A stretch of DNA of 64,000 nt from Nitrosopumilaceae archaeon. GTDB lineage: Archaea; Thermoproteota; Nitrososphaeria; Nitrososphaerales; Nitrosopumilaceae. The notes beneath the pieces were generated by a model. It did not search any database and was not told where the DNA came from. It worked only from the letters and a program-made list of their open reading frames with translations. Position 1 is the first letter of the stretch. Each line of letters starts with the position of its first letter. Position numbers and translations under genes: made by a program. The DNA lies in NCBI GenBank assembly GCA_965209085.1, contig OZ242376.1, positions 160,001 to 224,000 of the forward strand, read 5' to 3'. Of the stretch, positions 30,826 to 40,734 are shown piece after piece.

Positions 30826-32919
30826 ATGGAAATGCAAGAAGGCATGGAAACAAAACGTAGTGGTCTTCTCCTATCCCAGGCAAAACGCGTAAAAATGATC
30901 TTTTCGGTCATGGCAAGTCCAAACCGCATAGACATCCTTCGAATTCTCAATTCAAAAGGTCCTCTGACGTATTCAGAACTGAAATCACTTGCTGGCTTTA
31001 AATCCAAAAAAGAGAGCGGCAAATTCGCCTACCATCTGCGCAAACTACTCAGACAGTCACTGGTGGCACTGAACAAATCCGAGCGCCGATATACGATTAC
31101 AAATTTGGGTCAGCTGGTTCTAAGCCTTGCCCGACAGATAGAGGAACGCTCGGTCATAGAAAGCGGCAAAATGTACGTGCGTACGTCACACGAATCAATC
31201 GAGGAATTTGCCTCCCATAAAATTACCCAGTCGCTTGCAAAAGAGGGCGGATTGCCGGAGAATCTGGCACAAAAAATCAGCGAAGAAGTTGAGAATCGAA
31301 TATACAAGTACCAGCCTTCGTATCTTACCGGGTCACTCATACGTGAAATGGTAAACGCTGTTCTTATGGAACACGGACACGAAGAATATAGAAACAAACT
31401 TGCACGACTTGGAATGCCCGTATATGATATTGCCGACACGTTTTCAAACATTGAAAAAGTTGGCAGTGGAATAGACAGCTTGGTTTCAAAGATTGGATCC
31501 ACGGTATTTTCAGAATTTCTTCTCTTGGAAAAACTTCCAAAAGATATTGCAGATTCACATCTTGGCGGCGATTTACACATTACAAATACCGGACTGTGGT
31601 CTCTTTTACCTGATACAATATTTACAAGCATAAAGGAACTTGCCGACGACGGATTGGATTTGGGAGGAAAACTTTTAAACGTTTCAAGATTGGCTCCAGT
31701 GAAAACTTTGGACGGAATAGTATCCGCATTATCCATAATCGTTTCACTTGTTTCACGGGAAGCCTCACAGGAAGTCGTATTGGACGGACTTGTACAATTG
31801 GTTTCAAAATATTCAAAAAATATTGGAGAATTTGAAGAAAAACTGGTTTTTGCATTTGCTACAGCTTCTGCATCATTACAGCACGGAAGAGATTCAGGCA
31901 CCGTTACATTTAGACTGGCACTTGGATCTGATACAAAGATAATTCGTGCCATAATTTCAGCCTATGTACAATATGTCAAAATTACTCCAATACCCAAACT
32001 GGGTCTGGCAATAGATACCGAAGCGGGATCCCTCTCAGATGTCTCAGCCGGTCTGGCCGAGGCCATCTCATTTGGAGGCAGAATATCCATAGGAAAGGGT
32101 CATTTTTCCACACGCGGCATATCCAACAAAACCCAAAAAGGCTCCGAGTTACCGGCTCAAAAACTTGAATCCATAACGATAAACCTGCCCCGCTTGGCTT
32201 TTGAGGCAAACAAGGATGAGACCTATTTTAGAGCAAGACTTGCCATGCTGGTAACTCCGGCATTTGCAGCCATGGCTCAGCGCAAAAAAGACGTATCGGA
32301 TATGACTAGACGCGGTTTAAACCCCATCATGTCAAAGAACACCCAGTATATGCAAAGAGGATCTTCAACACTGGTACTCAACCTAGTCGGTCTGCATGAG
32401 GCAGTTTACAACATACTTGGCATCAACAATGAGAAAAAATGCCAAAGTATAATGTACAAAGTACTGGAAACGGCAGTAGATCGCGCCAAAAAAGAGGGTA
32501 AAATACTTGGTGAAAATATTCATGTATCCATGACCGAAAATGACGGAACATCAAGATTTATCGTCCTAGATTCGGAAAAATATGGGAAAAATTCAGCTAT
32601 TAGAGATTTAACTGACGAATCATACTCGGAGGGATTAGTATTGGACGGATCTAAAGCGAAAGAGTTTACCGATCATAGTGGAGAGATCGTACAGTGCAAT
32701 AAAACACATAAACTGCTCAACGGAGGAATGCTCATCAGACTCCAGATCCCAAAAGATGCTGATGTTGCATCAATCAAGAGCACGATCGAAAAATTGTCAA
32801 TTCTATTGCCATTTTTCAGATCGGATAAACACGTTTCCATGTGTGGCGAATGCGGTTACAAGGATTCTGCCCTTGAATTAAAATGTCCAAAGTGCAAATC
32901 CCCGTACATTGTCCAATAA
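30826..32919 (+). CDS. wHTH + ATP-cone + catalytically degenerate class III RNR (NrdD-like) fusion; putative transcription regulator
   Basis: ASPNRIDILRIL...SGKFAYHLRKL wHTH; VRTS...IREMVNAVL ATP cone; SHLGGDLHI, TINLPRLA, VGLHEA, RFIVLDSEKYG, NGG and CGEC/CPKC NrdD landmarks; no RxxGY. Confidence 0.85.
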   Translation: MEMQEGMETKRSGLLLSQAKRVKMIFSVMASPNRIDILRILNSKGPLTYSELKSLAGFKSKKESGKFAYHLRKLLRQSLVALNKSERRYTITNLGQLVLSLARQIEERSVIESGKMYVRTSHESIEEFASHKITQSLAKEGGLPENLAQKISEEVENRIYKYQPSYLTGSLIREMVNAVLMEHGHEEYRNKLARLGMPVYDIADTFSNIEKVGSGIDSLVSKIGSTVFSEFLLLEKLPKDIADSHLGGDLHITNTGLWSLLPDTIFTSIKELADDGLDLGGKLLNVSRLAPVKTLDGIVSALSIIVSLVSREASQEVVLDGLVQLVSKYSKNIGEFEEKLVFAFATASASLQHGRDSGTVTFRLALGSDTKIIRAIISAYVQYVKITPIPKLGLAIDTEAGSLSDVSAGLAEAISFGGRISIGKGHFSTRGISNKTQKGSELPAQKLESITINLPRLAFEANKDETYFRARLAMLVTPAFAAMAQRKKDVSDMTRRGLNPIMSKNTQYMQRGSSTLVLNLVGLHEAVYNILGINNEKKCQSIMYKVLETAVDRAKKEGKILGENIHVSMTENDGTSRFIVLDSEKYGKNSAIRDLTDESYSEGLVLDGSKAKEFTDHSGEIVQCNKTHKLLNGGMLIRLQIPKDADVASIKSTIEKLSILLPFFRSDKHVSMCGECGYKDSALELKCPKCKSPYIVQ

Positions 32920-33087
32920 CTCAGATCTAGATCGATAATTTACCGATCACGAATTCTACCTACCCCTCAATTCTCAATTAACGGCATCGATCAAAATCAT
33001 CTAAAAATAATTGATCATTTGTGAACCAAAAACCGACCAAATTTTTATAACCACCCAAGTTTAAACAATAATTGGTGCAGTTATAAC

Positions 33088-35745
33088 GTGGATCATTCAT
33101 CAACTATTGAAGCAAATATCGCCTCTATAAAGAAAAGAAGCGGATCCATGGTCTCATTTAACCTCGAACAGGTCTCAGCTGCGATATACAAGGCTCTCTC
33201 TGCAACTGGTAAATCTAATAGAGATCTGGCAGGCGATATATCAAAAAATGTCCTAAGTGAGCTAACCGGACACGGATTCTCCTCGTCCAATCCTCCTACC
33301 GTGGAGGACATACAGGATGTGGTTGAATCCACACTAATCGATCTTGGTCACAGCGAAGCTGCAAAAGCGTTCATTCTGTACAGACACGAACGACGCAAGC
33401 TTCGTGAGGCAAAAATGAAGGTGTTAAACACTAGCACTTTGGACGCTGTGGCAAAAGCATTTGACATAAACTGCCTAAAAATTCTAGCTTCACGTTATCT
33501 ATTGCGAAACAACAAGGGCGATATAACAGAAAGTCCGGAACAAATGTTCCAACGGGTTGCCATGCTAATTACCGTGGGCGACATTTTATACGATTCGGAG
33601 ATCTTTGATGGTACAGGAAACATAGCACAGGATACTGCGGTGGCAGAATCATATTATTCAAAACTGGACAGCTTTGATTTTAAATTCAAAATTGGAGAAC
33701 ATTACCTGAACAAATACCATTTCCGTTCATTCATAGGTCATTACATAACACTTGCAAATAAAGGACACATGAAAGTGGACTTTAAACAGCTTTTGACAAT
33801 GCTGGTTGCCAAAAAATTTGATTCGTATGCGGCAAGACTGGACGAATATACAAAAATGATGACCGCGCAAAACTTTCTTCCAAACTCTCCAACAATGATG
33901 AATGCCGGCGCAAGATTGGGCCAGCTATCCGCGTGTTTTGTACTGGATATGCAAGATGACATGGCAAAAATAATGAAATCAACCACGGATGCGGCTCTAA
34001 TCTTCAAATCTGGTGGCGGTGTCGGAATAAATTACTCGTCCCTGCGGCAGGAAGGCGATATCGTAGCATCCACTTCAGGCGTAGCTTCAGGACCTGTCTC
34101 ATTCATGAACATCATAAACACCGTAACAGAGGTGGTAAAACAGGGAGGTAAGCGCCGTGGAGCAAATATGGGAATCATGGAGGTATGGCACCCTGATATT
34201 GAAAAATTCATCACACACAAGACAGAGCCGGGAAATCTTGAAAACTTTAACGTCAGTATAGGCATTTGGGAAGACTTTTGGAAGGCACTTGTTGATTCTG
34301 AAGACGGCAAATATGCTCTGCGCAACGTAAAGGACAGGTCTCCTATACGGGAGATAAACGCACACCAGTTGATGGACGTTATTGCAATGTCCGCATGGAA
34401 GAGTGGAGAACCGGGACTGATATTCCTTGATCAAATAAACAAATACAATGTATTTGCCAAAGCCCGTGGCGGCCCGATACGTGCAACAAATCCATGCGGC
34501 GAACAAAGTCTGTATCCATACGAATCCTGCAATTTGGGATCGATAAACCTTGCAAATTTGGTAAAGCGTACCGCCAATGGCCAGTATGAGTTTGATTGGC
34601 AAGGATATGAGGAACTTATCCGCAAAACTACAAGATATTTGGACAACGTTATAGACGTAAACCTTTATCCTGTTGATGAGATTGATCGCGCATCCAAAGA
34701 ATCACGACGTATAGGACTGGGAGTAATGGGAGTTGCGGATCTGTTATACAAACTGCGCATACCTTACAATTCAAAACAAGGATACGATCTCCAGTCAAAA
34801 CTTGCAGAGACACTCACATATTATTCAATGGAAGAGAGCGTGGCACTTGCAAAATCGCGCGGCGCTTTCCCGCTGTGTTCAAAGACCGAATACGCCGATG
34901 GCAAAATTCCGGTAGCTGGCTATTATGAGATTCCAAAAGATCAACACATCTATGACTGGGATGCACTGATTGCAAAAATAAAGACGCACGGAATACGCAA
35001 CGTGCTGACAACCACGGTTGCCCCAACCGGCACACTCTCCATGATAGCTGACTGTACAAACGGCATGGAGCCTACATTTGCACTGGTATTTGAAAAACGC
35101 GTGACAGTGGGACGATTTTTCTATACAAACAAAATTATCGAGCAAATGCTAAAGGACGAAAAAGTCTACAACGACGAAATTTTGGAAAAAATTGCAGACA
35201 ACTATGGATCTTTGCGCGGTATAGAAGGCGTTCCTGAATGGATGCAAAATATCTACATTACGGCAATGGATATACACTGGTCCGATCACCTGATGGCACA
35301 GGCTGTCTGGCAAAAGTGGATAGGCAACGCAATTGCAAAGACAATCAACATGCCGTACGATGCAACCACAGAAGACGTTAAAGCCGCCTATCTTTTGGCA
35401 CACGAACTTGGACTAAAGGGCATTACAGTCTACAGGGACGGTTCAAGGCACAAACAGGTACTGCACATGACCAGCGATAAAGCGAAAAAAACCTTTGATG
35501 TAAAACCCAGCAAACATGTCGTGGAATTTATCAAATCAACGATTACCAACAAGTATATTCTAAAACACGTTATTGCCGCATTAAACACCCCGATTTCAGA
35601 CGATCGTATAACCGAACATATTCCACAAACGTTGGAAGACATTCCAGAAGACTCTTTGTGTCCAACATGCAAAAGCATACTTATCTTTTCTGAAGGATGC
35701 AGCACCTGCATTGAATGCGGTCACAGCGGATGCACATCGGGCTAA
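33088..35745 (+). CDS. nrdJ: Class II (adenosylcobalamin-dependent) ribonucleotide reductase with N-terminal ATP cone
   Basis: IKKRSG ATP cone, PNSPTMMNAG, LSACFV, QGGKRRGANM, TNPCGEQ, VAPTGT, KGITVYRDGSR, C-terminal Cys cluster. Confidence 0.96.
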   Translation: MDHSSTIEANIASIKKRSGSMVSFNLEQVSAAIYKALSATGKSNRDLAGDISKNVLSELTGHGFSSSNPPTVEDIQDVVESTLIDLGHSEAAKAFILYRHERRKLREAKMKVLNTSTLDAVAKAFDINCLKILASRYLLRNNKGDITESPEQMFQRVAMLITVGDILYDSEIFDGTGNIAQDTAVAESYYSKLDSFDFKFKIGEHYLNKYHFRSFIGHYITLANKGHMKVDFKQLLTMLVAKKFDSYAARLDEYTKMMTAQNFLPNSPTMMNAGARLGQLSACFVLDMQDDMAKIMKSTTDAALIFKSGGGVGINYSSLRQEGDIVASTSGVASGPVSFMNIINTVTEVVKQGGKRRGANMGIMEVWHPDIEKFITHKTEPGNLENFNVSIGIWEDFWKALVDSEDGKYALRNVKDRSPIREINAHQLMDVIAMSAWKSGEPGLIFLDQINKYNVFAKARGGPIRATNPCGEQSLYPYESCNLGSINLANLVKRTANGQYEFDWQGYEELIRKTTRYLDNVIDVNLYPVDEIDRASKESRRIGLGVMGVADLLYKLRIPYNSKQGYDLQSKLAETLTYYSMEESVALAKSRGAFPLCSKTEYADGKIPVAGYYEIPKDQHIYDWDALIAKIKTHGIRNVLTTTVAPTGTLSMIADCTNGMEPTFALVFEKRVTVGRFFYTNKIIEQMLKDEKVYNDEILEKIADNYGSLRGIEGVPEWMQNIYITAMDIHWSDHLMAQAVWQKWIGNAIAKTINMPYDATTEDVKAAYLLAHELGLKGITVYRDGSRHKQVLHMTSDKAKKTFDVKPSKHVVEFIKSTITNKYILKHVIAALNTPISDDRITEHIPQTLEDIPEDSLCPTCKSILIFSEGCSTCIECGHSGCTSG

Positions 35746-35763
35746 CCGTACCCCCTGATCCAA

Positions 35764-36441
35764 ATGCTTTCCCTAATAATTGCCGAATCCGCACTTGAGA
35801 GGATACCTGCGGTAATAACTGGTCATCCGTCAGTCACTTCTGTTGCAAAAAAATTCGGCAAATATCCCGGACGTATGATGCTTGACAAATCGTGGCATTT
35901 TAGCGCCATGCTGTCCATGGAAAACAAAGAGCGGCGCGGCCGTCCGGACATAGCGCATTTGTGCATGCTGATCGCGTGTGGAACGCCGTTGTACATGAAG
36001 GATCTGCTGCGCGTATACGTGCATACGGTCACCGATAAAGTAATCGAGATTGGTTCTGGAGTGCGCATGCCAAAATCATATCACAGATTTACCGGACTGA
36101 TGGAAGATCTGTATCTGGAAGGAAAAATAACGGATGATTCAGGACGCATACTTGCAGAGATAACGGACTGTGATTTTACAACATTAATTGAGACAATCGA
36201 GCCGGACGTTTTAATCGGAATGTCTACTGCCGGAAGTTCGGGCACATACGGGAGCATAGCTGCCAGATTTGATGAACACAATGACGGCTGCATCGTAATT
36301 GGAGGATTCCCAAAGGGACATTTTAGCGACAAGGTGGCCCAAAATCTTGAAGAGATATACTGCATACCTGGAGGTTCGCAGGAGACGCACGTGATTCTTT
36401 CAAGAATTCTCTACGAATGTGAGTGCCGTGTATTGCAGTAA
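35764..36441 (+). CDS. nep1: Nep1/Emg1 rRNA pseudouridine N1-methyltransferase
   Basis: RGRPDIAH, RMPKSYHRFTGLME, IGGFPKGHF. Confidence 0.94.
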   Translation: MLSLIIAESALERIPAVITGHPSVTSVAKKFGKYPGRMMLDKSWHFSAMLSMENKERRGRPDIAHLCMLIACGTPLYMKDLLRVYVHTVTDKVIEIGSGVRMPKSYHRFTGLMEDLYLEGKITDDSGRILAEITDCDFTTLIETIEPDVLIGMSTAGSSGTYGSIAARFDEHNDGCIVIGGFPKGHFSDKVAQNLEEIYCIPGGSQETHVILSRILYECECRVLQ

Positions 36442-36500
36442 AATCCGTATAGATTTGACGGATGACCATTTTTATTTAGGAAAATGGTGTGGCGTCTCGT

Positions 36501-36576
36501 GCGGTCATAGTATAGCCTGGTAGTACGCTGGCTTTCCAAGCCCGTTACCCGGGTTCGAATCCCGGTGACCGCACCA
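36501..36576 (+). tRNA. tRNA-Gly(TCC), CCA encoded
   Basis: GCGGTCA/TGACCGC acceptor, TT-TCC-AA loop, CCGGG-TTCGAAT-CCCGG T-arm. Confidence 0.96.
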
Positions 36577-36621
36577 TCAAATCCGCGCAATTATTTAATA
36601 CAATATTGCAGATAAAATAAC

Positions 36622-39600
36622 GTGGTATATGAGATCCTCACCTCCCTGATTCTGCCGCTGCTGATTGCAGCAGCTGGGATATCTGCGGACATGCCTGCAT
36701 CCGAATCCGTCCATGAGGCGCACCATACGTCAATAATTCAGATTCCAAAACCGGACGGCACGCAGTACTGGAGGTACATAGTATCCGGAGCCGGAGAATC
36801 CAATCTTTTAGGCGCATTTGATGAGCAACAGGCCGCACAGATGCGCGCCAAAGGATACCAGGTGCTGCCAGATTCCATGGTTACCTTGCATGATGAACAA
36901 AAACCTGAAACATCAGCACACCTGATGCAGCGTCTGCAGACGCATGAAAAATACAACGGTACGGGCATTACTGTTGCAATAATCGATTCGGGGGTGGATT
37001 TTTCAAATACTGACATACGCAGTTCTTTGGCGCGCGATGAATCCGGATTTCCGATAATGTTGGATGCTGACGGTCAGGGTTTAGTACTGACGAACATTAC
37101 TTTTGCATCGGATATAGACAGATATGGAAAAATAAAAGCTCCGCTGAAAACTCCCGAGAATGCAACTTCAAACGTATACCTGTCCGGCGATGGCGTATTT
37201 CTTAATATGAATCAAAACGGCGCAGGAACCCGTGTCCATGTGTATAACGGACTGTATCCGTACAACGATCTGGAGCCGGTCTTCAACGCCACCGTATACA
37301 ACGACATGAAGATTGGAAAAAATTCCCGCGATTATATCATCTCAAAGAGCGGAATATACCATTTGGGATTTCTTTACCAGCCGGGAATACATTACGAGTC
37401 GGATCATCGGGTGCAGGTTGTTCCGATGCTGGTGGTGGATTCTGAAACTGCCGGAGTGTACGATACGGTAATACCTGACATGTCAACTTCATGGAAAGAC
37501 TATAACAATCCCTCATCATTTGGCATAACCGGATATGATTTTGATTTTACCGACGAGCGTCCAATACAGCTGGGCAATGGCGAGGAATTTCTCGTATATG
37601 ATGCAGACGATGACGGCATCGACGATTACAGCGCAGGCGTTCTAGGAGCCCGCGTGGTTGACGTATTTGGCGTAATCGGGGATGAAAAATCTGAAATTCT
37701 AGACTCTGGCGCGGCAAACGGAACTCTTTTGCCGGCAATGGATGATGCAGGAGAATTTCTTGGCGTAATGTCTGATGTGTCAGGACACGGTTCGCTGTGC
37801 GCTGCCACAATAGTTTCCTCAGGTGAGAGAATGTACGATATTTACGGAAACGGAACAGAGTATTCCATACGCGGAGTCGCCCCGGGCGCCTCTATCATAC
37901 CGATAAAATCCCTATGGCAGGGTAACATACAGTATAGTGTCATGTGGGCTGTAGGTTTTGAGAGCACGGGGAACGGATGGGAGTATTCGGGAAAACCCAA
38001 GGCGGAGATCGTATCAAACAGCTGGGGGATTCCTGCCTTTCCGGCAACCGGCAGTGTCCCAGGTCTTGATGATATCTCGATAATATACGGCTCAGCTGCA
38101 CTGCCCGGTTCACTGCATCCGGATCACCCCGGTTCCATAATGATATCCAGTTCGGGAAACGACGGACACGGTTACGGCTCGATTGCAATTCCGGCAGCAT
38201 CGCCGTTTGTAACTACGGTGGGTGCTACAACAAGCAACGTTTACGTGGGTTATGGTGAAATAATGGGGCAGCCGCGGTTTGGCAATACGACATCCAACGG
38301 AGGCGACATTGCCCATTTTTCAAGCCGCGGACCTGGCATAATAGCGGATCCAAAACCAAACATAATGGCCACGGGTGCGTACGCGTTTGTACCAGTTCCT
38401 GTAACCAAACCGATGAATAATGAAAATGATGGGGACTTTGAGATCTTTGGAGGTACAAGCATGGCAGCTCCGATTGTTGCCGGAGCTGCAGCAGTCCTGA
38501 TGCAGGCTGTATTTGAAGGCGGCGAGCAGTACAATCCGTTTTTGATAAAAAATATTCTTGCATCAACTGCGGATGATGCAAACAACGATCCGTTCGTACA
38601 GGGTTCGGGAACAGTAAACGTCTCAAGAGCGGTGGAATTTGCAACAGGAGGCAGCGGATCATTTCTAATATACAACGATGCAACGTATTCAAACCTGCTT
38701 GAATTCCTAGAACCTGCATACGAATCATTCAACCTCACAGAATACCATCTAAAACGCGCGCATCTTACAGACCGTCCGCTGCAGCAGTACGAATGGTTTG
38801 CCGGACACCTGCTTGCCGGAGATCGCAGTTCTGCAATTTTTACCGTGGAAAACCCCTCTAATTTGTCCCAGACGCTTCAAATCATGCCTGTGCACTCTGT
38901 ACTGATTGAGGAGAGCTCGTACAACGGAACCACCCAGACGCGCCTCAAAGATACGGTAATCCAAGACGAGGATGCGTTTGCATCCCAGTACGTTCTGCTA
39001 TCGGACGTACGAGAACATTCAAAGATTGCGGATTATTTTGCGCCCCAGGAGATACCTGGGAGTGCAAACCTGCTGATACTGCACCTGCGTTTTGCATTTG
39101 ATGATTTCTTAAACCAGACGGATACGCTGTATGCGGACAAAACGCAGATTGCCTCGCTTTACCTGTACGATTGGATGGATTACAACAATGATACAATCAT
39201 AGCCAGCGATGAGATCTCTTTGATAAACAGGGGTGCATCATGGGGCAATGTTCAGGAAATGCGCGTGGGAAATCCTGCGTCCCGGTTTGAAGGCACGCCG
39301 GTTGTGGGGATTTTTGCACCGCCGCAAATCTATTCGTACTGGAAGGGAATCACAGAGGAGAATGCAACGCTGATGAATTACACCATCACGGCACAATACT
39401 ATCGGCACGAGAGATGGAACGATGTCTGGCTTGAAGACAGCATACTGGAGGTTCCTGCAAAAGGATCCGCATCATTGCGCGCCACTCTAATAGTTCCGTA
39501 TGAAAGTCAGACCGGTGCATACCAGGGTGCGTTAAAATTCCAAAATGACGGGCGTGCTGCAATAGTGCCGGTCAGCTATGCGGTAAAAAAACAAATCGAG

Positions 39601-40080
39601 ACGGACATGACTGTCACAGTACAAGGCATGCACGGGGGACTTTTGTTTGATGCGCAGAATTTGGATGGTGCAACATCGTTTGCCAGCAACTATGCGTCAG
39701 GAGGATGGAGGCAGTTTTACTTTGAGGTAAGCGATCCGGAGATAACTCTGGGATCTGCATACGTATCCTGGAAAGATCCCGGAACACAGGTTACCGTCTA
39801 TGCGGTGGATCCTTTGGGCAATATTGCCGCCTCTACTGCGGATCCGGGAGCATACGAGGAGCTTGACAACTCTGTAAGCTCTGATTGGCTAGGTCCTGGC
39901 ATCCTTGGCCGGGGCGGATTTTATCCGGTAACCAACATCAATTCCACGTCCGTTGGTCTGTACATTCCGATAAATCAAACCGGTACGTGGTCTCTTTTGA
40001 CGCATTCTGCCGTATACGGAGGCATGTACGCGGCAGAACCCGTTGATCTTTTGCTTAAATTTACAAACCTGCACAAATAA
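36622..40080 (+). CDS. Exported S8 (subtilisin-like) serine protease
   Basis: IIDSGVD, GHGSLCA, SSGN, FSSRGP, GTSMAAP; signal peptide. Confidence 0.95.
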   Translation: MVYEILTSLILPLLIAAAGISADMPASESVHEAHHTSIIQIPKPDGTQYWRYIVSGAGESNLLGAFDEQQAAQMRAKGYQVLPDSMVTLHDEQKPETSAHLMQRLQTHEKYNGTGITVAIIDSGVDFSNTDIRSSLARDESGFPIMLDADGQGLVLTNITFASDIDRYGKIKAPLKTPENATSNVYLSGDGVFLNMNQNGAGTRVHVYNGLYPYNDLEPVFNATVYNDMKIGKNSRDYIISKSGIYHLGFLYQPGIHYESDHRVQVVPMLVVDSETAGVYDTVIPDMSTSWKDYNNPSSFGITGYDFDFTDERPIQLGNGEEFLVYDADDDGIDDYSAGVLGARVVDVFGVIGDEKSEILDSGAANGTLLPAMDDAGEFLGVMSDVSGHGSLCAATIVSSGERMYDIYGNGTEYSIRGVAPGASIIPIKSLWQGNIQYSVMWAVGFESTGNGWEYSGKPKAEIVSNSWGIPAFPATGSVPGLDDISIIYGSAALPGSLHPDHPGSIMISSSGNDGHGYGSIAIPAASPFVTTVGATTSNVYVGYGEIMGQPRFGNTTSNGGDIAHFSSRGPGIIADPKPNIMATGAYAFVPVPVTKPMNNENDGDFEIFGGTSMAAPIVAGAAAVLMQAVFEGGEQYNPFLIKNILASTADDANNDPFVQGSGTVNVSRAVEFATGGSGSFLIYNDATYSNLLEFLEPAYESFNLTEYHLKRAHLTDRPLQQYEWFAGHLLAGDRSSAIFTVENPSNLSQTLQIMPVHSVLIEESSYNGTTQTRLKDTVIQDEDAFASQYVLLSDVREHSKIADYFAPQEIPGSANLLILHLRFAFDDFLNQTDTLYADKTQIASLYLYDWMDYNNDTIIASDEISLINRGASWGNVQEMRVGNPASRFEGTPVVGIFAPPQIYSYWKGITEENATLMNYTITAQYYRHERWNDVWLEDSILEVPAKGSASLRATLIVPYESQTGAYQGALKFQNDGRAAIVPVSYAVKKQIETDMTVTVQGMHGGLLFDAQNLDGATSFASNYASGGWRQFYFEVSDPEITLGSAYVSWKDPGTQVTVYAVDPLGNIAASTADPGAYEELDNSVSSDWLGPGILGRGGFYPVTNINSTSVGLYIPINQTGTWSLLTHSAVYGGMYAAEPVDLLLKFTNLHK

Positions 40081-40125
40081 TTTCAAATAAGGTTTATAAC
40101 CAAACTGAAGGTTGTTAGTCAGTAT

Positions 40126-40734
40126 ATGACCGATCAAGAAGGCGTACAAAAAAGTGGTCTTTCTCGGCGTGATTTCTTAAAACTGATGGGAGCTGCAGGT
40201 ACGGGTCTTGCATTTGCACCGTTTGTTCCGTGGGGAAATTTTATGCCAAATCCCTCATCTGCTTCTCTTGAACGCGTTCTAGTAGAACTTCCTGACGGCA
40301 CGAATGCAAATGTCGTAACATTTCCAACAAACCATTCAGAAGTCATAACGTATCCGAAAACCGGAGACAGGGTTCTTGACGAGGAAGCGTTTCGCAAATG
40401 GCAGTTTATCAGACTTCCCGAAGGTCTTGGAGGGGGAGAACAAAACATATCCTCGTTTAGGGCATACAGCATGATCTGTCTGCATCTTTGGTGTCTGTGG
40501 AAATACTGGCCGCAGGTTGGTAGACAGCGCGGCGAATGTCCGTGTCATGGAAGCATATACGATCCTCTTACCGGCACGGCAATAGCGGGACCTGCATCAG
40601 TGCAGGCTGCACCGTCCAACACGCTTCCAAAACTTGACTTTGAACAGGATTCAGACGGTAACATATGGATATCTCCTCCGATTTGGGGTGTAAACGATAA
40701 TGGAGTTGTAGGATTTGGCCGTTTCATTAAGTAG
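40126..40734 (+). CDS. Rieske 2Fe-2S protein (Tat-exported), complex III
   Basis: SRRDFLK Tat motif; CLHLWC and CPCHGS. Confidence 0.96.
   Translation: MTDQEGVQKSGLSRRDFLKLMGAAGTGLAFAPFVPWGNFMPNPSSASLERVLVELPDGTNANVVTFPTNHSEVITYPKTGDRVLDEEAFRKWQFIRLPEGLGGGEQNISSFRAYSMICLHLWCLWKYWPQVGRQRGECPCHGSIYDPLTGTAIAGPASVQAAPSNTLPKLDFEQDSDGNIWISPPIWGVNDNGVVGFGRFIK

Noticed and set aside
30826-32919. Functional anaerobic RNR (nrdD)
   Set aside because: No glycyl-radical RxxGY motif, no finger-loop Cys, no nrdG nearby
32920-33087. Cobalamin riboswitch upstream of nrdJ
   Set aside because: No B12-box or other core motifs and little stem potential
22372-35745. Inteins in atpA or nrdJ
   Set aside because: Normal lengths and no intein splice-junction or LAGLIDADG motifs
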